Of a stretch of 64,000 bases of DNA, positions 57,274-64,000 are shown one piece after another. A program made the translations under genes and the position numbers. Under the pieces are notes generated by a model. That model saw only the letters and a list, made by a program, of their open reading frames with translations, was not told the origin of the DNA and searched no databases. Numbering within the stretch: the stretch's first letter is position 1; every line of letters begins with the position of its first letter. This DNA comes from Candidatus Lustribacter sp. (GTDB lineage: Bacteria; Vulcanimicrobiota; Vulcanimicrobiia; Vulcanimicrobiales; Vulcanimicrobiaceae), in contig OZ255842.1 of the NCBI GenBank assembly GCA_965277805.1, forward strand, positions 5,248,001 to 5,312,000. The letters run 5' to 3'.

Positions 57274-57995
57274 GAGCCGGTGAGGTCCAGAAAGATATCT
57301 TCCAGCGAACCGGCATGCTCGGCCCGCAGTTCTCCGATCGTTCCGCTGGCCACGACGCGGCCGTGGTTGAGCACGATGATCCGGTCGCTCAGCACTTCGG
57401 CCGATCCGAGCTGGTGCGTGCTGATCATCAGCGCGGTACCGGCGGTGCGCAGCTCGGCGAGCATTTCGCGCAACTCGCGCTGCCCGCGCGGATCGAGTCC
57501 GATCATCGGTTCGTCGAGCAGCAGCACCGGAGTTCCGGCCAGCACCGTCGCGGCGATCAGCGTTTTTTGACGCATGCCCTTGGAGAGCGCATTGCCGATG
57601 GTGTCGCGTTCGCCGATCATGCCGAAGCGTGCCAGCAGTGCCTCACCCCGCGCTTCCCAGCTCGCATCGAGCCGGCATAGCCGAGCGACGAAAACGAGGT
57701 GCTCCCAAACCGTGAGCAGCGGATAGACGTCGGGCGTTTCGGGGATGACGGCCACCGTGCGGCCGCGATCGCTTTCGAGCAATCGACCGTCGAAGCGAAT
57801 CGTTCCGGCGTTCGGGCGCGCGAGGCCGGCCAGGCACGCGAACGTCGTCGATTTTCCGGCGCCGTTGGGTCCGAGCAGCGCGACGATCTCGCCGCTGGCC
57901 ACCGAAAACGAGATATCCTCGATCGCGGTCTTTGCGCCGAAGCGTTTGGTGAGGCCCGAAACGTTGAGGCTCGCGCTGGGTGGACCGGAGCTCAT
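57270..57995 (-). CDS. ABC transporter ATP-binding protein
   Basis: GPNGAGKST, LSKGMRQK, LLDEP, STH. Confidence 0.92.
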   Translation of the reverse strand: MSSGPPSASLNVSGLTKRFGAKTAIEDISFSVASGEIVALLGPNGAGKSTTFACLAGLARPNAGTIRFDGRLLESDRGRTVAVIPETPDVYPLLTVWEHLVFVARLCRLDASWEARGEALLARFGMIGERDTIGNALSKGMRQKTLIAATVLAGTPVLLLDEPMIGLDPRGQRELREMLAELRTAGTALMISTHQLGSAEVLSDRIIVLNHGRVVASGTIGELRAEHAGSLEDIFLDLTGS

Positions 57996-58029
57996 CGTAG
58001 CGCAGCGGAGAGCAGTCGAGGACCACCCA

Positions 58030-59856
58030 TCATGCGGGGGTGGCTTCTTCTTCGCGCTCGCGAAATTGCGTCAGGTAGAGCTGGGCGTAGGCGCCGTCGC
58101 GCGCGAGCAAGTCGTGATGGGTGCCCGATTCGACGATGCGGCCGTGCTCGACGACGAAGATCACGTCGGCGTTGAGGATCGTCGAGAGACGATGGGCGAT
58201 GACGAGGCTCGTGCGGCCCTGCATCAGCGGCACGAGGGCGGCCTGGATCAGCGCTTCGTTGTTGGAATCGAGCGCGCTCGTGGCCTCATCGAGAATGAGG
58301 ATGCACGGGTTCTTGAGCAGCACGCGCGCGATCGCCAATCGTTGGCGCTCGCCGCCCGAGAGCTTGTGTCCGCGTTCGCCGACGACGGTTTCGTAGCCGA
58401 GCGGCTGGCGCATGATGAAGTCGTGGATGTTGGCCGCTTTCGCCGCCGCGATCATCTGCTCGTCGGTCGCGTCCTGGCGCGCATAGCGCAGATTGGCCGC
58501 GATCGTGTCGTGGAAGAGATACGTCTCTTGCGTGACGATCCCGATGTTTTCGCGCAGCGACGCGAGCGTCACATCGCGTACGTCGATGCCGTCGATCCGC
58601 ACGCTGCCGCGCTGCGGGTCGTAGAAGCGCGGCACGAGCTGGGTGATCGTCGTCTTGCCGGCCCCGGACGGGCCGACGAAGGCCGCCATCTGACCGGGCT
58701 CGATGTGGAAGCTGACGCCGTCGAGGGCCGTGCGGTCTTCGCTGTAGTTGAAGTAGACGTCGTCGAAGCGCACGTCGCCGTTGACGTTTTTGAGGACGAG
58801 CGCGTCGGGCTTCTCTTCACCTTCGGGCTTCATGTCCAAGTAGTTGAAGATGCGCTCGAACACGGCCAGCGCCGACACGATCTGCACTTGGACGCCGGCC
58901 AGCGACGAGGCGGGCGTATACAGGCGCCCGAGATACCCGACGAACGCCACGATCGTTCCGACCGTTACGCCGCCGTTGATCGCGAGCCATGCGCCCGCCA
59001 GCCACACCAATGCGGGCCCGATGATGATCATGGCGTTGATCGAGGCCATGAACCACCGGCCGACCATTGCGAGCCGGATCTCGAGGTCCATCAAGTCGGT
59101 GCCGGTCTTATAGAAGCGCGCGCGCTCGAACGGTTCCCGGACGAACGACTTGATCAGCGTGATGCCCGAGATCGAGAGCGTCTCTTGCGTAATCGACTCG
59201 ATCTCATCGCGTTTGCGGCGAGTCAGCTTGCGGATGTCGTACATGCGCCGGCCCACCGGCGAGAGGGGGACGATCATCAGCGGAATGATCGCGAGCGACA
59301 CCAGCGCCAGGCGCCAGTCCAAAATAAAGATCGTGACGACGGTCGTGATCATCGTCGCGATATTGGTCACGATTGACACCAGCGTACCGGTCACCACGTT
59401 GTCGATGTTGTCGACGTCGGAGGAGACGCGGTTCATGATCTCGCCCGTCTTCGTGCCGGTGAAGAACGAGAGCGGCATGTGGTGCAGGTGCGCGACGAGG
59501 GTCGTGCGGATGTCGCGCATGATCCCCTCGCCCACGAGCGAGTTGAGATACCCTTGATACACGCCGATGACGCCGCTCGTAATCGCGCTGACGGCCATGC
59601 CGCCGACGTTGAAGGCCACCAGGCTCATCGAGTGCTGGGGGATCGCGTCGTCGATGATCCACTTTGCGAACAGGGGCGGCAAGAGGCCGATCACCGACCC
59701 GACCACGATGCAGATCAGGGTCAGGACTTCTTGCTTCCAATACGGCAAGAAGAACGACCCGAGTCGCTTCCAATCGACCTTACGTTCGATCTTCGGCTTG
59801 TCGGGACTGAACATCGACGACCACATCATGTGGCTCGGACCACCACCACCTAGCAC
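58030..59856 (-). CDS. ABC exporter, fused permease/ATPase (MsbA-like)
   Basis: TM domain followed by GPSGAGKT, LSGGERQR, ILDEATSALD, IAHRLST. Confidence 0.93.
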   Translation of the reverse strand: MLGGGGPSHMMWSSMFSPDKPKIERKVDWKRLGSFFLPYWKQEVLTLICIVVGSVIGLLPPLFAKWIIDDAIPQHSMSLVAFNVGGMAVSAITSGVIGVYQGYLNSLVGEGIMRDIRTTLVAHLHHMPLSFFTGTKTGEIMNRVSSDVDNIDNVVTGTLVSIVTNIATMITTVVTIFILDWRLALVSLAIIPLMIVPLSPVGRRMYDIRKLTRRKRDEIESITQETLSISGITLIKSFVREPFERARFYKTGTDLMDLEIRLAMVGRWFMASINAMIIIGPALVWLAGAWLAINGGVTVGTIVAFVGYLGRLYTPASSLAGVQVQIVSALAVFERIFNYLDMKPEGEEKPDALVLKNVNGDVRFDDVYFNYSEDRTALDGVSFHIEPGQMAAFVGPSGAGKTTITQLVPRFYDPQRGSVRIDGIDVRDVTLASLRENIGIVTQETYLFHDTIAANLRYARQDATDEQMIAAAKAANIHDFIMRQPLGYETVVGERGHKLSGGERQRLAIARVLLKNPCILILDEATSALDSNNEALIQAALVPLMQGRTSLVIAHRLSTILNADVIFVVEHGRIVESGTHHDLLARDGAYAQLYLTQFREREEEATPA

Positions 59857-59928
59857 GTCCGTTACAACCCCCGAAGCTTCCTAACGGTTCACGCTCCGGT
59901 AAAGGGGCAAGGCGGGTGCACCGGGGAA

Positions 59929-60957
59929 ATGGGGCGCGGAATGACGCCGCTCGCCGAGACGCCCGACTCCGCGGGCGCACACGCGATCCGCTGCATCGTC
60001 TATAACACGGGCGAAGCGCCGCGGACCCTCGACGACCTCGACGCGATCAGCGACGTGATTGCCGCTCGCAGCGGCTTCGTCTGGCTCGATATCGCGGAGC
60101 CCACGCCCCACAATCTCGAGCTGCTCCAGCGCGAGTTCGAGATCCATCCGATCGCGATCGAAGATGCGAGCCTCTGGCACGAGCGGCCCAAGATCGAGTT
60201 CTTCGAGCACTACGTGCTGGTCATCGCGCACGCTGCGGCCCCGGACGCCGAGGGCGAGCTGGTCACCCACGAGGTCGCCGTGCTGGCCGGGGACCAGTAC
60301 GTGGTCACGCTGCGCGCGGCGCCCGTGTACCCGCTCGCCGAGGTCGAGCGCCGCTTCCGGACCACGGTGTCGATCCCGCACGACGCGACCGGCCTGCTCT
60401 ACGTTATACTCGACACGATCGTCGACGGGTTCTTTCCGATCACGGAGAGCTTCGATGACCGGCTGGTGCGGCTCGAGGACCGTCTCTTCGATAATGACAA
60501 GTTCAGCGAGCGCACCGAACACGAGATCTTCCTGTTCAAACGCGCGCTCGTGCTGTTCCGCTCGATCGTGGCGCCGATGCGCGACATCCTACTGCGGCTG
60601 ACGCACAACGAGATCGCACCCTTGAAGCCCGGTCTCGGGCTCTATTTCCGCGACGTGCACGATCACATTTTGCGCGCGCTCGAGCAGATCGACATCACCC
60701 GCGATCTGGTCAACAGCACGCTCGACATCCATTTGGCGTCGCAGTCGCACCGCCAGAACGAAGTCTCCAAACAACTGACGATCATCGCGACGATCTTCTT
60801 GCCGCTGACCTACATTACGGGGTTCTTCGGTCAAAACTTCGGCTGGATGGTCAACAACGTCGTCAGCCCGCAGATCTTCTGGTATCTCGGCGTCGGCTCG
60901 CAAGTCGCCACCGTGATCATCCTGTTCTGGTACTTCCGCTACAAAAAGTGGTTTTAG
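59929..60957 (+). CDS. corA: CorA-family Mg/Co transporter (start likely 59941)
   Basis: IHPIAIED, YFRDVHDH, LTIIATIFLPLTYITGFFGQNF. Confidence 0.9.
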   Translation: MGRGMTPLAETPDSAGAHAIRCIVYNTGEAPRTLDDLDAISDVIAARSGFVWLDIAEPTPHNLELLQREFEIHPIAIEDASLWHERPKIEFFEHYVLVIAHAAAPDAEGELVTHEVAVLAGDQYVVTLRAAPVYPLAEVERRFRTTVSIPHDATGLLYVILDTIVDGFFPITESFDDRLVRLEDRLFDNDKFSERTEHEIFLFKRALVLFRSIVAPMRDILLRLTHNEIAPLKPGLGLYFRDVHDHILRALEQIDITRDLVNSTLDIHLASQSHRQNEVSKQLTIIATIFLPLTYITGFFGQNFGWMVNNVVSPQIFWYLGVGSQVATVIILFWYFRYKKWF

Positions 60958-61980
60958 TTACTTTTTGCCGTTTCGAATGCTCGCGAGTTCGCGGAAGAGT
61001 TTCTTTTCTTTGTCGCTGAGGTCGGTCGGCAGCGTGCCGATCAGCCGCACGTACTCATCGCCGTGTGCGTCACTCTTGAGCTTGGGCATGCCTTTGCCGC
61101 CCAGGCGCATGAATTTGTTGCTCGGCGTGCCGGCCGGAACGGTCATGCTGACTTCGCCGTCCATCGTCGGCACCGCGACGTCGCCGCCGAGGACGAGATC
61201 GTAGATGCTTACGGGCAAATCGATGTAGAGGTCGTCGCCGCGCCGTTCCCACTTTTTGTCTTCGGGAAAGTGCGCGATGAGGTAGAGGTCGCCGCGCGGT
61301 CCGTTGTTGATGCCAGCTCCGCCTTGACCGGCGAGCCGGATCCGCTGGCCCTCGCGCACGCCCTTCGGAATCGAGACGTCGAAGCGTTTCGTCTGCACGA
61401 TCTTGCCGCGGCCGCCGCACTCGGGGCACACGCGGGCGTTTTTCGTCCCGCTGCCGCCGCACGTCGGGCACGGCTCTTCGATCTGCAATGCCACGCTTTT
61501 CTTGCCGCCGGAGTACGCTTCGGGGAGCGTGAGATCGAGCGTCGTTTCGAGATCCTCGCCCTGTTGCGGTCGCGTGCGCGTCCGCGGCTCGGGCCCGGTC
61601 GGACGCTTTCCGATGTTCTGAAAGAACGCGTCGAAAAAGTCCGAGAAGCCGCTGCCGTCGCCGAAGTTCGCGCTGCTGAATCCGCTCGCGCCCGCCCCAC
61701 CGGCCGGCCGGCCGGCGGAACGTTGCTGCGCACTCTCTTGCGCGGCGCGCTGCCAATCGCTGCCGAGAACGTCGTACTTGCTGCGCTTTTCGGGATCCCC
61801 GAGCACCTCGTAGGCCTCTTGGATATCCTTGAATTTTTCCTCGGCCGCTTTTTGGTTATCCGGATTTGCATCCGGATGCCACTTGCGCGCGAGTTTGCGG
61901 TAGGCCGACTTGATGTCTTTGGCCGCCGCGGTTTTCGGCACGCCGAGGATCGCGTAGTAGTCCTTGTAATTCACGGCCAT
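60958..61980 (-). CDS. dnaJ: DnaJ/CbpA-class J-domain co-chaperone
   Basis: KDYYAILGV, HPD, only two CxxCxGxG repeats, DnaJ C-terminal domain. Confidence 0.88.
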   Translation of the reverse strand: MAVNYKDYYAILGVPKTAAAKDIKSAYRKLARKWHPDANPDNQKAAEEKFKDIQEAYEVLGDPEKRSKYDVLGSDWQRAAQESAQQRSAGRPAGGAGASGFSSANFGDGSGFSDFFDAFFQNIGKRPTGPEPRTRTRPQQGEDLETTLDLTLPEAYSGGKKSVALQIEEPCPTCGGSGTKNARVCPECGGRGKIVQTKRFDVSIPKGVREGQRIRLAGQGGAGINNGPRGDLYLIAHFPEDKKWERRGDDLYIDLPVSIYDLVLGGDVAVPTMDGEVSMTVPAGTPSNKFMRLGGKGMPKLKSDAHGDEYVRLIGTLPTDLSDKEKKLFRELASIRNGKK

Positions 61981-61986
61981 ACGCGG

Positions 61987-62508
61987 CTACTCAGACTTTG
62001 CGACGATGACTTGTCCCACGCGTAGCACGTCGTCGCCCAGCACGTACGCACGTGCGGCTTCGTCGAGCACGGTTTCTTCCGGCACGCTCGAATCCGGACG
62101 CGTGCCGATCGCCTCGGCGAATTTCGGATCGAACCGCGCGCCCTTGAGCGGCACGGCTTTCACGCCTTCGCTTTCGAGGACCGACTCGAATCCGCGCAAC
62201 GTCGCTGCGAGGCCGGTCTGTAGTCCGTCACTGGCCGGAGCGTAGGTCAACGCGCGTTCGAGATTGTCGAGCACCGGCAAAATCTTCTTGAGGACCGACT
62301 TCTTGCCGGCCAAGGAGATCTCGCCGAGCTGACGCTCGACGCGCTTCTTGTAGTTTTCGAAATCGGCCATGGCGAGGAGAAACTTGTTGTAGTTCTCGTC
62401 GGCCTTGGCTTTCGCCGCAGCGAGTTCGTCGGCGCCGTTGTCCAATGACGAGCCGTTCGTGATGAACGGCTCGTCGGTGGGAACGCGCATCTCTGCATCG
62501 TCGTTCAT
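61987..62508 (-). CDS. grpE: Nucleotide exchange factor GrpE
   Basis: ADFENYKKR, LPVLDNLERA, FDP, VLR..QV.V. Confidence 0.93.
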   Translation of the reverse strand: MNDDAEMRVPTDEPFITNGSSLDNGADELAAAKAKADENYNKFLLAMADFENYKKRVERQLGEISLAGKKSVLKKILPVLDNLERALTYAPASDGLQTGLAATLRGFESVLESEGVKAVPLKGARFDPKFAEAIGTRPDSSVPEETVLDEAARAYVLGDDVLRVGQVIVAKSE

Positions 62509-62517
62509 GGCGAAGCC

Positions 62518-64000
62518 TTACTTGGCTTCTTTGAACTCGGCGTCGATCACGTCGTCGCTGGCGTGAGCGTGGTCCTCGTGCGGCGCGCCATCGTGCGCGG
62601 CGCCGTTGGACGAAGCCCCGTTTTGCTCGGCCGCACCCTCAGGTCCACCCGTGGTCTTGTAGAGTGCTTCAGCCAGTTTGTACGAGGCGGCTTGCAGCGC
62701 TTCGGTGGCCGCTTTGATTTCGGCGGCGGTGCCGTTGTCGCTCTTGGCCTTGAGCTCGGTCAGCGCGGCTTCGACGTCGGCACGGGTTTGCGCCTCAGCC
62801 TTGTCGCCGACTTCCTTGAGCGATTTCTCGGTCGAGTAGATCAGCGAAGTTGCGTTGTTGCGAATCTCAGCCTCTTCGCGTTTGGCCTTGTCATCCGCGG
62901 CCATCGCTTCGGCATCCCGGACCATGCGATCGACTTCGTCTTTGGAGAGGTTGGTCGATGCGGTGATCGTGATCTGCTGTTCCTTGCCCGTGCCGAGATC
63001 CTTCGCCGAAACGTTCACGATGCCGTTGGCGTCGATGTTGAACGTGACTTCGACTTGCGGAACTCCGCGCGGCGCGGCCGGCAGACCTTCGAGACGGAAC
63101 CGTCCCAGCGACTTGTTGTCGGCGGCCATCTCGCGTTCGCCTTGGAGAACGTTGATGTCGACCGACGTCTGGCCGTCTTCGGCCGTCGTGAAGACTTGCG
63201 TCTTGCGCGTCGGGATCGTCGTGTTGCGCTCGATCAGTTTCGTCGCCACGCCGCCGAGGGTTTCGAGGCCCAGCGAGAGCGGGGTTACGTCGAGCAGCAC
63301 GACGTCGTGCACTTCACCGGAGAGAACACCGGCTTGAATCGCAGCACCGATGGCCACGACTTCGTCGGGGTTCACCGACTGGTTGAGCTCTTTGCCCGTC
63401 AGCTTGCGCACGAGTTCTTGGATCACGGGCATGCGGGTCGAACCGCCGACCATGACGATCTCATCGATCTTCGAAACGTCGAGCTTCGCATCGGCGAGCG
63501 CGTTCTTGAACGGCTGCACGCAGCGCTGGGTGAGGTCGTCGGTCAGTTCTTCGAACTTCGCGCGCGTCACCGTGACGTCGAGGTGCTTGGGACCGTTCGC
63601 ATCGGCCGTGATGAAGGGCAGGTTGATGTTGGTCTGGACCGTGCTCGAGAGCTCGATCTTCGCCTTTTCGGCGGCTTCGGTGAGCCGCTGCATCGCTTGG
63701 CGGTCGCCGCTGAGGTCGATGCCTTGTTCTTTGCGGAATTCCGAGACGAGATAGTCGACGAGGCGCAAGTCGTAGTCGTCGCCGCCCAGATGGGTGTCGC
63801 CGTTGGTCGACTTCACTTCGAAGACGCCGTCGCCGACTTCCAGCACGGACACGTCGAACGTGCCGCCGCCGAGGTCGAATACGAGGATCGTTTCGTTGCC
63901 TTTTTTGTCGAGACCGTACGCCAGCGCCGCTGCCGTCGGCTCGTTGATGATGCGCAGCACTTCGAGGCCCGCGATCTTCCCCGCGTCCTTCGTTGCTTGC
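62518..64000 (-). CDS. dnaK: Chaperone DnaK (5' part beyond the window)
   Basis: [46 protein letters not shown]. Confidence 0.98.
   Translation of the reverse strand, partial: QATKDAGKIAGLEVLRIINEPTAAALAYGLDKKGNETILVFDLGGGTFDVSVLEVGDGVFEVKSTNGDTHLGGDDYDLRLVDYLVSEFRKEQGIDLSGDRQAMQRLTEAAEKAKIELSSTVQTNINLPFITADANGPKHLDVTVTRAKFEELTDDLTQRCVQPFKNALADAKLDVSKIDEIVMVGGSTRMPVIQELVRKLTGKELNQSVNPDEVVAIGAAIQAGVLSGEVHDVVLLDVTPLSLGLETLGGVATKLIERNTTIPTRKTQVFTTAEDGQTSVDINVLQGEREMAADNKSLGRFRLEGLPAAPRGVPQVEVTFNIDANGIVNVSAKDLGTGKEQQITITASTNLSKDEVDRMVRDAEAMAADDKAKREEAEIRNNATSLIYSTEKSLKEVGDKAEAQTRADVEAALTELKAKSDNGTAAEIKAATEALQAASYKLAEALYKTTGGPEGAAEQNGASSNGAAHDGAPHEDHAHASDDVIDAEFKEAK

Noticed and set aside
2029-59376. 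Many long antisense or alternate-frame ORFs (e.g. 2029..3906, 5791..8001, 33952..35844, 37921..39627, 55801..57570, 57745..59376)
   Set aside because: Shadow ORFs typical of high-GC DNA. They overlap well-supported genes and lack motifs.

Overview
High-GC, very gene-dense bacterial chromosome segment made up mostly of housekeeping and metabolic genes. The Pro/Thr-rich lipoproteins, FecR protein and gene mix are reminiscent of Vulcanimicrobiota/Eremiobacterota, but this is an unverified inference. Left part: a degenerate AdnAB/AddAB-like helicase-nuclease pair, an NTP-transferase, ispE, a glycoside hydrolase, pdxST, a PP2C/STAS/anti-sigma partner-switch module, an HNH gene cluster, an Orn/Lys/Arg decarboxylase and zwf. 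Middle: an esterase, BKACE, an aldo/keto reductase, a Ycf45-like ATPase, a FecR plus lipoprotein pair, PilZ, tmk-holB, mtnP, a DUF151 nuclease, ychF, gdh, a rhodanese, a frameshifted MFS gene and aceE-aceF-lpdA-lipB-lipA. Right part: a MocR regulator, mutY, a Mo-oxidoreductase, nth, ABC exporters, an acyl-CoA dehydrogenase, a GGDEF-EAL gene followed by an orphan kaiB-like gene, scoAB, corA and dnaK-grpE-dnaJ. No rRNA, tRNA, CRISPR array, transposase or prophage was seen. The most notable signals are (i) a 20-aa Lys-rich micro-gene with a strong RBS and its own terminator, (ii) an HNH gene bracketed by stop/start-coupled mini-ORFs and followed by a 125-codon ORF that appears to start at ATC, (iii) a dispersed GTCATCCCGAGCTTGTCGAGGGAC REP family, and (iv) a KaiB-like gene linked to a c-di-GMP enzyme with no kaiC in the window. 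Items (i)-(iii) are largely missed by the ORF track.
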